NCBI GenBank assembly: GCA_016748015.1 | Contig: JAAOMT010000561.1 | Location: 256,026-320,025 of the forward strand | DNA from: Geosiphon pyriformis uo1 | Taxonomy: Eukaryota; Fungi; Glomeromycota | Length of the DNA stretch: 64,000 nt | Direction of reading: 5' to 3' | Part shown: in pieces, positions 50,772 to 64,000 of the stretch | How the letters are laid out: each line of letters begins with the position of its first letter | Position numbering within the stretch: the first letter of the stretch is position 1 | The notes under the pieces: model-generated | Seen by the model: only the letters and a program-made list of their open reading frames with translations | What the model was told of the DNA's origin: nothing | Databases searched by the model: none | Made by a program: the position numbers and the translations under genes

Positions 50772-52605
50772 TTAATTTTGATTTAATTTATCTTGGATGC
50801 TCAATGTTTCATTCTTTCTGTCATTTATGCCTGTTCTGTAAAATATCAAGAGAGCAAAACCTGTGAGAAAATTAGTGACACCCATCCCCCCATATAGATA
50901 GGGTAACAGTGGATCTTTTGCTAATGGTACAAAAGGATAAACGAGGAGAGACCCAATTCCAGAGGAGAAAAGATAAATTGCCATGATAAAACCTTTCATT
51001 GAAGCTGGGGCTTGATTAAAACTGTACTCGAGACTCGTAATTGCCAGGAAAACTATTCAAAAATTAAAGAGTCAGAAAAAGAAATTATCCCAAAAGATTA
51101 AATATTAAAAAGAGTAATATTTACCTTCGGATGACGCGACGAGCGCGTATATAGGAAGTTGATACCAAACGCTGATTCGATTTGGTACCTGTATTCCGTT
51201 AATAGTACAAAGAGTATTCTGATAGCAAGGTGGAGTGTTATAGATAATCACTTGCAATACTGCGGCATAAGCCATTGCGGCTGTGATAAGCATAAAACCG
51301 ATAAACATTTGCATGATTGGGCTCGGTTCAATCTTGTGTTTTCGTAGAAATGGGAGAAAAATTTTATTCGCAAATGGAACCAATAAACATAAAGCAATCG
51401 GATCAAAAATATTCATCAAATCATTAGGAATAAATCCTGTTTCCATTGTAGCGGCTTGTGAAATTAGATTAGTTCCCATCTGAAAGTAAGCCATCCAATA
51501 AAATGATTGGAATAAAAGTACGCAACATGCGTGACAAGCTTGTCGCAATTCATCAATAAATTTATCGTCCCATGTGATCTTTTCGCTTGAATATTCATTT
51601 GCTGTTATATTTGATGGCTTCGTATCTTCCAATTTCCATCCATGACCGATTGCCATTCTAAAGACCAACATAATTTTCCAGAGTTCAAGTCCCTTTGTGT
51701 TAGTTTTTAATAGACATCCACGAACTCGCAAAAGTAGCACTGATCCAATCAAGAATACAACTGTAGCAACCAAAAATGCCAGCCAGAAAGAATGATATTT
51801 TTCGATGCTGGTGGTAAAAACCGGGGCTAGGTAGCCAATTGCAAGAATCATGTAAAACCAATGGTACATTGAGAGAATTGTGATTTTGGGATCTACGATT
51901 ACTTTTTCTCCGGTTGAAAGAGTTCTAAGAAAAGGTTTCTTGTGTGGATATTGTTCTCCAACGAGAGCATACAAAGTCGACTGTAGACCATCACCCAAGC
52001 CCAGAACAATCATACCGATTATCACACCGGGAAACGCAAATCCGGCCTTGATTGCTGCAGGCGTCGCAGTGACCGTTAATATGATCAGACCGAACACGAA
52101 AATAGCACTAAAGAGCATCATGGCGTTAAATTTGGTCATGTAACGGTCAGCGATCAAAGCGGCAATAATTGGGGTGGACCATGACCAGAATAGAAAGAAT
52201 GAGGTCAACGATGTAGCCATTTGTTGGCCTTTTCCTAGTGCACCGCTTTGTTGGCCAGGTTGATCAGGTACCGGAAATTGGATGTAATTTTGAAATAAAA
52301 ATGCTACACCAGAATACGCAAAAGCTTCACAGAAACAAAATGCGATATTGTACCACGCGGCTTTGGTGTAAAAAATTCAAATTATAAAATCGTGGTAGAA
52401 AAAGTTTTAAAATTTATAAAGACGAAAAAAGTATAATATATATGACAGCCCAAGTACCGGATGGTATATCATCTGACACTCTTTTCAAAGTATCTAATTC
52501 AATTTGTGTAGGATATTCCAATTTCTTTTCGTTTGTTTCAGACAGTTCAAAGGTTTCATCGTTGTACAGTTCTTTAGGCGGCGAAAGAAACTTTTCATTT
52601 TCCAT
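50772..52605 (-). CDS. PTR2: POT/PTR-family (MFS) transporter, PTR2-like (~554 aa; exons 52605-52458, 52360-51125, 51052-50772)
   Basis: Multiple hydrophobic helices; LKRVSDDIP, FQNYIQFP, ALGKGQQMATSL, IADRY, YHWFY, SQAATM, WYQLPIY, EYSFNQAPASMKG. Both introns are GT-AG and in frame. Confidence 0.88.
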
Positions 52606-53364
52606 AATGAAAGATGAAAATTAGTTTCTCTGTGACTGGTTGTGTGGTTTTATAGAATGTCTAGTTTTCGTCAGAATGTATTATCACCAAATGTAACATG
52701 CATGATACAGAAGCGATATACTATCTATCTATTATGCTATGTTAGATTAATATTTGCCGTTGGATATCAATCATTTTTCTTTTTAATTCAGTTTTAGTGG
52801 GCTTCACCATTTATCTCGATCTCAAAGCCCCTCTTCTACCAAATAAAAATACCCTACTGGTGTATTTTGATTGTAGATCGGACAATATTTTTGTCACAGA
52901 TATTTTTAGTAGATGAAGACTAAAAGCAAGTGTAACATGTGATTAGCAAAACAGTATAACAAAAGCGAGGATTTATTGCTTTAATACTTTTTACATTTAT
53001 CTTGTTATAAAATATGAAAAAGATTAGAGATAAAGAGTAAAGCTAAGCTGTATATATTTTCCTTGAAAGAAAAATATTTATCGGTGATAAGTTTCAAGTT
53101 GAGTGGAAAATATTAATTCTTGCACAATAAAACCAATCACACAAACAAAAAAGGTTACTAATTTAAGCAAGGCAAAAGCAGGCTTAATGTCCGATTACTT
53201 TTTTAAGATTATATACAAATCTAAACTTTAAATCACATTCATTATTTTCGCAAAGGAATTTGAGGATTCTCTGGTTTCCAGTTTGAAACCATCCTGATCG
53301 AAATTATTTCTTCGTTACCAAGATTGTTACCATGGTCATTATTGCTACTTGTAGTAGTTCTTTC

Positions 53365-53428
53365 AAGAGTTCCTGGTAATTTTAAATAAATTTCGTCTTC
53401 TTCCAGGTTCCCATGAAGAAAGTAAACG
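53365..53428 (-). mobile_element. tiny Ty1/copia RT fragment
   Basis: Minus strand FLHGNLEEDEIYLKLPG resembles the copia RT motif AFLHGxLEEEIYMxQP; no other motifs seen nearby. Confidence 0.4.
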
Positions 53429-55023
53429 TAATTTTTCGTTATAGAAATAGTTTGAATTGATTTTTCAGTTATGGAAGTTTAAGAAAAAAGGTTTAACTAT
53501 CGAATTGGATGAAGATTTAAACTAAAGCCTAACGTAAGTAAGAAGATTTCTATTCATAAAGTGTATTTTAATTTGTAGCAAGCATTTTAATAAACGTTTT
53601 TTATAATTATAATTATAAGTTACTTACTGGTGTAGATAAGCTGATCCAAAGTCTAAATGTTTCATAAATAGCAAAAGAATCTCGTAGAAAGTTTCTAGAA
53701 ATTAAAAATTTGGAAAATGAATAAATTTGATTAATTTTTGGCATAGATAGGGATATCAAAAAAAAAATTTATTACAAATGGATTTATATATTAAAAATCT
53801 AATAAAAGTATTAGGCGTCCGTCTAAAGCGAAGCATAATTAGTTATCGGGAAAAAATATTTTTTTAAATTATATGATAAAGGTTAATTGTAAAATTTTGA
53901 AGTGCAAACGATAACCTAATTCGTTGATAGTATGAAAAGTATAACCAACCTAACTTATAGACAAGGTTTGGATTCGAAAAAAGATGAATTTTTAAAATAC
54001 AAAAAAAAATCTCAAAATTGAAACCCAATTGCTGTTTTTTATATATTGAGAAAAATAAAAAGGAAATGAAAAGAAAATATCATGTATGTCGAAAATTAAC
54101 CCATAAAAACTCTCATTTGTATCATCATTTCTTACAAAAGGAGAATTTCATACTAGATGTCTCTTTGATTCAACATTAAAACCCAAAAGGTTTAGAGTTT
54201 AATTCTCTTAAAATAAAAATTTCCAGATGGATCCATAACTCACCACTCCATAATCCGTATCGTTAATACCTATATGAAAATATCGTCTTGATGAATTATT
54301 ATTATTATTAGTATAAGTATTAGTATTAGTATTAGTATTAGTATTAATATTATTCTTATTCTAAACCTTTACAAAAACTATCTTTCATAAAATCAATTCA
54401 TATCTCTCTCTCTCTCTCAAATAAACCCTTATTGTCACACGCCTCATTGAATTCATCTTTTTTGCTCTATTGAATCGAACTCTTAAAAAATATTTATTTC
54501 AAATGACACAACTATCACATGAAATCAAATCCCAATAGATGTCTTTTTTCGGAATTATATCCCCCTTATTTGCATATCACCATCAATCACATTTTATCTT
54601 TAAAAAACTTTTTTTAACAATCAAACCTATATCAGGTACACAGACACACACACACACTTAGTTTTTAGTTGAGTCACACAAGTGGTGGAACCATTCATAG
54701 AGGTTGGAATACGCACAAGAATAGGCCGAAATAGGAGAAAAAGTGAAAAAGAATACTTTATGTATTTTCTTGTAAGGAATCTAAAACTAAAAAGTGAATA
54801 TAATCACTTTTGTCATAGTGAACCTTGTTCGCAAAATTAGGAAATAGTCACTAACTTGAATCATTCTATTTTTATATTATTATTTTAATACCATCAATTA
54901 CATGTAAAATACATTTATAAATAGTAAAAAGGAAACAATTACAAATTCCTCAGATCAAAATAAATTCCTAAATTTGACTAACCCTCCCCCAATATTATTA
55001 TTCATTCATCAATTCATCCATCC

Positions 55024-55056
55024 ATACATACATATATACATACATACATACATACA
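55024..55056. repeat. (TACA)n microsatellite
   Basis: Directly visible. Confidence 0.85.
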
Positions 55057-56805
55057 TTCAAAAGCGTAATTACTAGTTTAAAAACTTTAATGGAGTGAGG
55101 CAAAGAAAAACAGAGTCTGGTATTGCTAAAAGAAACGAGATTCCAGAACAAATAAAGAATTATTTTTCAAATTTGTATAGGTATTTGGAAGATGATTTAT
55201 TTTTAATATTAAAGATTTTCATCACTATGAATATAAAAGATTTAATTCATTTCTTAAGTAAAATGAATCTAGTTTCAAGGCTGCAACAGAAATATCATAG
55301 CATTGCTACAAGCTTGGAATCTTCTTTTCCAAATGTAGGAAAATCAAAAAACCTCTCAGATATATTTCCCAAATTTCAATTTCAAAGATGTTGTACTTGT
55401 GTAAATGATTTTTTTTTTAGGAATACAACTATAAAATAATTCGAGTACAAAATCATCAAAATCAGAATCTCATTCAGTATTTCAATTCCTTGTAATCGAT
55501 TCATTAAGAAAGCGTTGTCATACGAAAAAGGAAATATTTTGGCTCATTGGTAAATGCTTGGTTTCCAAAATTTTCAACAAAAATATTGAATTTTAAACTG
55601 TATAAATAAATTTGACTCATTTCTAATTTTTATTCTATCATGATATTTAGTCGAGCGGGTATTTCACGAAGTGCATCAGGTATACACTAAAAAATCAGAT
55701 GTCAAATGATGAAATTCCCAACATATATTATTCTCTCTTTCATTCTCGTTCAGTAATCATCGTATGTGTAGTGAAATCAAAGGCTATGTCATACGAAAAG
55801 GCTCTGAAATTTCAATTGGAGTGAGATAAAGTTAGATTTTTTCTTTGATTAAATTCGATTATTTGGTATTCCAAACTTTTACCATCACTTCTAAAATATT
55901 CTTTGTAAATAATCTGAAAATTTATTATTTAAATAAGGACAACTCTATTAGATTCTACTTTTAAAATTTTGGTTTAACATTGACTTCTTGTGTTTATTTC
56001 TTTATGAAAGAAGGATATTACTTTTGAGGGAAAATTATTGATCTTTTTAATCCTTAAAAAAATATGTTCATTAAAGCAAAGAAAAATTTATCTCATCATA
56101 TCATCAGATGACATAACATCCAATATATGTATACATGTATATATAAACATATATATTGTTTGAATAGAATCGCCCACTGTTTTAAACCCTGCAATTTTTT
56201 GATGAGATTTAGCATGGGCCGAAAACTTACAGATTGAATGTTTTAGCATTTGGTTTTTCATACTTTATTAAATTGTGAAACTTACCCATACTAAAATCTT
56301 TACACATGTACAAAAAAGTTTTTGGATCTTTGCATTGCATTGGGAATGAGAATGAAATTGGGATTATGATCGTGATTCATCACCATTCGTAAGATCTCCA
56401 TCTTTCCTATAGACTAAAGCTAGTATTAAATATCTTTAGGATTTTTTAAAGATTTTGCTTTTGGATATGAGACAAGAAGGTAAAAACTTTATTATTTAAC
56501 CTCTATTGATTAATTTTATAAAAGGTTAGTAGGTAGCAGCTAGTATCTAATGATAGAGAAATAAAGTTTATCAATTAATCTAGGTAAAACGTACTAGATT
56601 ATAACGATCAGAATTTTTATTATATTTCTAAAAGAGATTTCAAGCAGAGTTGACTAAATAATCAAAAATTCAATAGTTTTCATTGTGAGCGTTTGAGAAA
56701 TATTTTTAAATTTGTTAAGGGATGAATCGGTGGTATCGATAAAGTAGAATATAACTAAAGTAGAATATAGCCATGGATGGATTAATTTTTATTATTTTAA
56801 AACTT

Positions 56806-56872
56806 GATAGAATATGATGGACTATGATGGAATATGATAGAATATAATGGAATATAATGGAATATGATGGAA
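56806..56872. repeat. 10-bp minisatellite (ATGGAATATG-like), ~6.5 copies
   Basis: gatag aatatgatgg actatgatgg aatatgatag aatataatgg aatataatgg aatatgatgg aa. Confidence 0.85.
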
Positions 56873-57076
56873 GGAAAAAATTTGAAATAAACTCCTTACA
56901 GAACAGCCTTCTTTCTTTGTATTATATTGAGACAACTTTCAATAATTTTTTTTGTAAATTTTTAGACCTGATTTATCATTTAACCTTATTATATTTTATA
57001 TATACATCCATAAAAAGTTAATTATTTTAAGACTGAATACAAATCTAAAAAACCTAAATTAATTAAATAATACCAA

Positions 57077-57077
<1 letters not shown>

Positions 57078-57108
<31 letters not shown>
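57078..57108. repeat. (AAT)n microsatellite
   Basis: Directly visible; similar runs at ~26812-26836 and ~60518-60551. Confidence 0.9.
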
Positions 57109-57109
<1 letters not shown>

Positions 57110-58383
57110 TTTAATGATCATATCTTGTAATACCATTCTTCTTTCAATGCTTGAAACGTTTTTACCATTATTAGATTTTTATTATGCCTAAAAATTTTTA
57201 CTTTCTAGAGATGTTATCATATCTCTATTTGAGAACTTTTATTATTAAAGTGAAAATGATAAATAAATGATTTTGGATTTTACCCCAAAAGACTCTAACC
57301 ATTTTTTAGAATTTTTTTTATTTTTGAAACATATCCAAACACTCATTCTCACCTCACTCGTTCATTTGCCCAATTCAAGTTTGTAATGAAATTAAATTCA
57401 GTATGGGGTTATCTTATTTAGAATTAAGCCTCTTGTGCATTGCCACAAGTTTTTCTTGATTGAGAAAAAAATTTTTTTTTAAATTTTCTTCTCATCTTTG
57501 ATTTGATATTATTTGGTACAGTTGACGTAAGATTAGATAATGTGTATATATTTCAAATTGAGTTTATAAAATATTTTAGATCATTATATCTATATATATA
57601 TATATAATGAAGTGATTTCTTTGAATCAGAAAAAAAAAATTAATAGCCGCCTTTTACTGCTTGAAATATTTGGCAATCTATTCAAAGACTTGAATAGTAC
57701 ATTTTTGATTATTATTATTATTGTACATGTATATAATTCACAAATATATGTAGATTCGAAAATTAGTTTCAATTTTTAAAACAACTTAGGTCAATTTCTT
57801 TAAGTTAAGGCCTCCTTGAAGTGTGGGAAGCAGACGAAAAATGGTTAGAATTATCGATTTTTTCAATTGGAAAAATTTTTTTTATTACTCATTCTTCCAA
57901 ATTTTTTTCATCAGACCAATATTTGAGCGCAAAAATGTTTCCCCCGAGTTTAACCTTTCTGAATGAGATTTCGTCATTCTATTGTTCCTAAATATTTAAT
58001 TTTATTTCATTCAGCCTCTCCTTTTTGATTAATTTTAATTAATAATCTTGCCAGACCCTATTTTTAACCAAGTCGGGAAAAGATTTTCCTCTTACCATAT
58101 CTTTTGCCATGCATTTGAGTCTTTATTTAATAAAAACTTCCCAAAAAAGTAAGGGGCGAAAACCCTTATTTATTTCTTTTGCTCATACACTTACAAAAAT
58201 AATATTCGAATGAAATGTTCCAAAAATTTAAAAGAAAAAAAGTTCCCTATTTACATATTTAACCTAAAAAATCTATGGAATACAAAGTTTAGATCTCAAA
58301 CAAAATAACTTCAAAAAATATCCTTAAAATATCCTCATCTTATAGCTGCTTCCAACTTCATTCCTAATAACCACACACCACAA

Positions 58384-58831
58384 TCAAATCATACCACGCC
58401 ACATTGCGATCTTCTTTTTCAATCTCCATACCATCATTTTAGTATTCTCCCATTCAACAACATGTTTTTTTCCGCTTGGACGAGGCTTGAAACTAGGTGG
58501 AGGGAGTTCAAATAATGTTTCTAACAAAACCTGTGCCTCATCTTGTCGCCATTCTTCACGACCAAGTGTTGCTACGCTTTCGGCGATGCTTTTTCGTGTA
58601 GGCATGTGAGAGAGTCGATAAACTTGATTTGCTTGGATGTTGACCGAAAGTTTTCGTGTCTGTTTAGGCAATGGAGTAGAATTTGGTCGTCTCAAACCAC
58701 CTCTCTTGGTAGTGTTTGAGGCTGGAATCTGAGACCAATAAAAGTATTAAAAAAACACGTGAAAAACCTTTGAAAAATATTGAAACGCATTTCAAAGAAT
58801 ATGAAATTACCAATGAGTTTGCTCTTTCCAT
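58384..58831 (-). CDS. small hypothetical protein (~121 aa; exons 58831-58811, 58728-58384)
   Basis: MERANSL, then intron GTAATT..CTCAG, then IPASNTTKRGGLRRP joins the 103-aa ORF in frame; raised GC. Confidence 0.7.
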
Positions 58832-60515
58832 ATTTTCTTAATATATTCGTTATTTGAGAGAAAAATTTATTTTTTAAAAGGATTGATTATATCTAGTACT
58901 AATAGAAACTTGGAATAAGAATGCTAGCGGTAGGTGTCGAATAATAATTTATCAACGTATGGCTTTAACACAAACAGAATACAAGAATTTCGATTGGCTC
59001 CTTTGCGTTATGATAGATATATTTAAAAGTATCAAAAAATTTTATGGTTTTCAAACTTGGAACGCCTTCCGAGAGTAATGAACAAAGAAGATATTTGATG
59101 GTGATGATGATGATGTTGTTGTTGTTGTTATAATTATTGTGATTGAGAATTTTGAACTTTTTGAAAAAAAAAAGGGAGTACTCATTTATATATAGAAAAT
59201 CTATTCGATCTTGATAAATCATAGAATCTCTCACATCAAATTAATTAAACATCCCCATTCGCTCACTGATTAAAAGGCTGCGGGCTTAATTGTTTTTAGC
59301 TGTGAAAACCTTCCAAGAGCAAAAACAAAAACGCCTTAAAAATAAGCATCAGGTTAGCAGTTTGAGGCTTCTTGATTTCGATCATTGATCTTTTACACAA
59401 TCATCTATTACAATAAAATTCTGGGGGATGGCAAAATGCGAGCACTTTGTACCATTCCCAGGTTATCTTCAGAATTTCTATATCTTTTTTTAATACCTAG
59501 TTCCAAATATTTATGTTTCCGCCCAAGATTAAGCCTCGTTTGGCACCTTTTCATAAACAAATATCCGTGTTTGGAGGGAATTAGTTTCTTAGGTATTTCT
59601 GGAAAAGGTAAGTGAACAGCCATTTTAATCGTTTTGGCTATTTAAGCCGTCTAATTTATCTGGACGACAAGTAATGTCAGGTGACATTGCCTCATTACTT
59701 GTTCTGAACGTAATAGGGTTCTGGACATTTAATTCTACTTCCAATTTGTCGATCTACCCATTTTTTTTACTCTTTTATAAAACCACAAATTTTTTAACTG
59801 TAATTATCAAATAAGGTTTAAAATAAAAGACGAAAAATACTGTATAAATAGAAATTCTGAATTAATAAAATTTTTTGAAAAATGAATTTAAAATAACACA
59901 CATATGGGATTATGAATTCTTTTTCAAATCCATAATATCTTATCTTTAGTTTCTAAGTTGTTATTATTTGTTGTTTTTTGTTGTTATTTTTTCAAAAATG
60001 TTTCTTTCAATAAATGAAATCAAAAATAATACATTTATAAAAAGATATGAAATAAAGTTTATTTATCAGTTAAATATCAAAAGTTTTTTTTTTTTTTGAA
60101 CTAATATCTTTTTTTTAAAAGAATCACTATTTTTTTCGTCTTGAATATCGGGAATTCCTAACTAATAATAGGAAAAACTTTAAAATATTAAGAATATTTG
60201 ATAAATACTTTATCAAATTTTTTGAAATCAAAAACACGTTAAAAGAACAAATAATAAAAATATTTCTTTGAATTTTTACCATACATAAAAATTGTAAATT
60301 ACAAATATTTTTAAAAGTTGAATAAAAACTTGGTTTTCAAGCAAAGATTTGAATTTTTTCTCACTTTTTTAAAAATTTTTCATATTCAGATGTAAAAAAT
60401 TAATCTTTTCTTTCACAAATACCCATTCATTTCTTTCTAATATTCGTTTAATATATAAGCTTCACATCATTATAGCTTGAAAAAAATTGATGCTCTTGGC
60501 CTTTTTCTTAGTAGT

Positions 60516-60553
<38 letters not shown>

Positions 60554-61028
60554 AAGTCATCGGAAAATTCTAAAACTGAATGGTTCAAGTTTAAAAATAT
60601 ATATTCCTAAACAATATCAAACACAAGTTTCAATTTCACTTTTTCTCATTTTAAATAGATTACATTGATAAAATATGTTTCTTAGTAACCTTAAAAAACT
60701 TTTATTTGACCAAAAGCTGACCATGATGAATTTATTAAACCAATTTTTCATCTCACGTGAATCAAACTATTTTCAATGATCTGATTGAGTGCTTCTCATC
60801 ATTCAATCATTCTCTAGGGATGATGTATCTTTTGGCTGTGTGCTTTCTAAATCCAAAATTTTCTATCATATCGTAGGGCAACAGCTCAAAGGATTTTGAA
60901 TTCGCATGATACGAATAGTTTATAAAAAGATTGGGATTTTGCTTTACAGGATGTTAAAACTCATCTATTAAGATTTTTCTTCAATAAACCAATACCTAAA
61001 AGTTTTAAAAAACCTATTTTACCCATTG

Positions 61029-61547
61029 ATGAGTGATTCAGAACATGAGGTGCAGGAATTAAATGGCAGTGATGTAAAAATAAAAAATCTTTTTATTCCT
61101 CGAAAAATTTTCAAAGCAAAGTTTGAAACGATAAAGTTTGTTTCTCTTTGTTGAAATTTTAAAAAGGACACTACAAAATCTAACAGCTCACCACCAGCAA
61201 AAAAACGCAAAAGATTATCGTCCACAACTTCGAAAAAATCCACAGTCTCGAAGCCTAAATCTAATTCTAACTCTAAATCAGCTTCATCCTCGTCTACATC
61301 TGTTTCAAAAACAGAATCTTCCTCTGGTACCGCAAAGAAAGGAACTTCTGGTAACAAATGGTCTCAGGAGGAAGATAAAATATTGTTAACCGAGATTATC
61401 GCTTTACTGCCTCCTATTCCATGGACTCAAATTGCTGAAAAACTCGAAGGAAGAGATGCGACTAGTGCTAAGAATCGATGGGCTGGGATTCGAAGGTCAA
61501 TTGCCAAAGGTGGTGGCCTTTCAATTTTTGGTGGGGATAAGGAGTGA
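61029..61547 (+). CDS. Myb/SANT-domain protein (~141 aa; exons 61029-61073, 61167-61547)
   Basis: KWSQEEDKILL..PWTQIAEKLEGRDATSAKNRW (three spaced Trp), NLS-like PPAKKRKR and a Ser-rich linker. Intron GTAAAA..AAG. This frame is absent from the ORF track. Confidence 0.85.
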
Positions 61548-62162
61548 AATATATTTGAAAAATAGTAAATTTTTGATAGTTAAAGTATTTTGAATATTTT
61601 ATAAATAATAGTTGATTTCTAATTTTCGAAAAGATGAGACATAAATCCTGCATGCAATTTCAAACCTTAGCTTCTCTCGATACGCAAGTGGTATTAATCA
61701 TTCAAATTTTTCATTGATGAATGCGTTGTTTAAGAAACGCAATTGAGATGCTGGAAACTTGAATCTATGAAAAGCCATAATGAAAGATTGCAACATAGTT
61801 AAGAATTCCCTTTTTCTCTTCTCCAACTAGAACTTTAATAATTTCAAATGGGTTAAATCACTAGAGAAAGTTTAACATATTATAAGTAAATAACCCCCCC
61901 CCCCGAATCTCATAAGTGAATAGTATTCAAAAATTAATTGCATTATAAAGAGTTTTGTTTCGTTTCGTTTCATTCAGAGATCTGAATCTTTAATATTCGA
62001 GGTTTGAAAGGTTACTATCTACCAACTGAGAAAAAGAACCAGTCGACTTTTCCAAAATATCAAGCAGAATTTTAACCTTTTTTGAAAAAGATGTAGTGGA
62101 CATCCTAAAGCGAAAATTTTCAAAAATGACAAAATTTTTGAATATTCAGCACTATCGATATC

Positions 62163-63190
62163 TTAACTTTCTTGTCCTTTAACTATAATTACGGTACACT
62201 GGCAACTGTGGCTGCACCAGTCACTCACGGAACCCAAAATTGTACTGAATTTAAATGAGATTGATTAAAAAAAATATTAAAATGAATGAATAAGAATATT
62301 AAGTATTTGGAAAACTTCAAGATACCGTTTTAAAGCACCTAGTCCACGAGAACCGATAACCAAAGTATTGGCATTAACCTCAGAAACTTTGCGAACAATC
62401 TCATCACGAGGGTCACCTCGCATGGCAATGGCTTTACATGCAAACTTTTTAGGTGATGGAAAATACAAAGTGAGTACTTTTGAGACAACTCCAAACTCCA
62501 ATCACCAATCATTCAAGGCATACATTTTGAGCCTTCAATATCGCAGCGTATTCTTGCAAAAGTTGATGGCTTTGTAACCGATACTAATTCCAAGGGCAAA
62601 AAATGATCAAACATATCCTCATTAAAATTAAATAAAATACAGAGTCAAAAACATGCCTGTTCTTCGAGATTCGTAATGATCTCGGTAAAGTCCATGTAGT
62701 GGGCACCTATGGCTGAGTATAATTTGAAGAATAAGGGCTCTAGTGTAGCACACAATTAGTTTGTTCCCGGATAAGGTATTTAGCCCTAACGCGGATAACA
62801 AAACTGTTTAGGTAGCAACGATTAGTAACTTACCGTACGGCCCCGGAATCGCCGGAATAGGCCTCACATTCACTAATACCGTCTAGAAATGATTATCGAA
62901 AAACAGGACATATAAAAAATAACTTTCAAAAGTTACAAATACAATCTGTTGACTGTTTGTAATAAACTCACCAAATCACTTTCTTTTCGTAATAAATTAG
63001 CAACAGTCCAATCAAAAGCTTCTTTGCTATGTTTCGAATGGTCAAGGCCAATGACAATGACACGATTAATTCTATGGTGCGTTTCGGGATCATGGGTGCT
63101 TGTCAGCTCTAAATCTGCTGTAGCAGTATTGATTGAATCATTTTGCGGAATTTGAGCGGAAGCAGCTTGTGTATCTGTGGTTGTTGACAT
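62163..63190 (-). CDS. universal stress protein (USP-A domain; ~192 aa; exons 63190-62972, 62882-62834, 62706-62657, 62583-62524, 62444-62326, 62244-62163)
   Basis: RVIVIGLDHSKHSKEAFDW, GDPRDEIV, LVIGSRGLGALKR|TILGSVSDWCSHSCQCTVIIVK. Six exons splice in frame (579 nt). Confidence 0.92.
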
Positions 63191-64000
63191 TGCTGGTTTG
63201 CTTAATTTATATGATTAAAATGTTATATATTTTTAGGATCAGGGAAGCAAAGTTTTTATATTCTTTCGTATAAGTCATTATGACGTATATAATTTTGATA
63301 ACTTGATCATCCCACAAATGGGTGAGGCGTGATTTGTTCAACATTGTCAGCCCACATTGACAAAAATTCATGATCAGCTGATTTTCGCAGTAGGAAACTT
63401 TCGGAAGATATTTGCAACACACTACAAATTGCAATTAGCAATTAAATATCTTAAGTATTTTCAGAATCAAAAATTAATTCACTTATTTTTTTGAACCTGT
63501 TTTCAATTGGGAGTCCCAATTATTGTAAGAAGGATGCAAAATTCAAAATTCTTTTTATTAATAGATTCAATATTATACTTGAAATTTGATGGAAGGTAAT
63601 AGTGACACCTTTAATTAAATAATTCAAAATATTGCTTTTTTAAACAAACCAAATTCCTTGCTAAATTTTCAAAATTTTGGAATCTATACCTTTTGAATGA
63701 ATTGTGGCTAATGATAACTAATGACCTCATTGATTCATTGATTCGACTAAACTAATTAGAATGAAATATAGAATATTATAAAAAATAACCCTAAAAGATT
63801 TTCAATAGGATTCAGGTTAGAATTAAGAAAATCTATAAATTTAGAAATATTATCCCAAAGATTTTTTAGGAACACGGCTAGTGTGTTTCAAAGTTTTCTT
63901 TTATTGAAACTTCCTTTTACTTTCCAGAATTATTTTTATTCCTCTTGTTATTGTAATGTAAAAATTACATCAATTATTTGCTCAAAAAAAAACAACCATT

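Noticed and set aside
55095-55439. 114-aa ORF
   Set aside because: Non-ATG start, intergenic-like composition, no motif.
59385-59623. Overlapping 71-76 aa ORFs
   Set aside because: Slightly GC-rich but no recognisable domain or splice structure.
61019-61389. ORFs 61019-61357(-) and 61138-61389(+)
   Set aside because: Shadow frames of the Myb gene.

Overview
AT-rich eukaryotic (fungal) DNA with short GT-AG introns. The gene families (BTB-BACK-TLDc expansion, Sel1 repeats, the Tc1 and LINE types) point to Glomeromycotina (arbuscular mycorrhizal fungi or relatives); this is inference. The left half (1-34 kb) is accessory-like. It holds three tandem BTB-BACK-TLDc paralogues (one intact, two pseudogenes), two BACK fragments, a Sel1 pseudogene, a complex GC-rich satellite block with a sequencing gap, two dead Tc1/mariner transposases, and extremely AT-rich blocks. 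One of those blocks reads as a Ty3/gypsy element plus a LINE ORF1 eroded by C>T/G>A transitions. The right half holds a 4-exon gene whose N-terminus resembles a tyrosine-recombinase core-binding domain, two divergently oriented Fanzor/TnpB pseudogenes, and a tRNA-shaped element whose anticodon loop is replaced by a ~110-nt structured domain. It also holds a fourth, divergent BTB-BACK-TLDc gene, a POT/PTR transporter lacking canonical motifs, a small hypothetical gene, a Myb-domain gene and a 6-exon universal stress protein gene with a GC-AG intron. All family assignments come from manual translation and motif recall; no searches were run.
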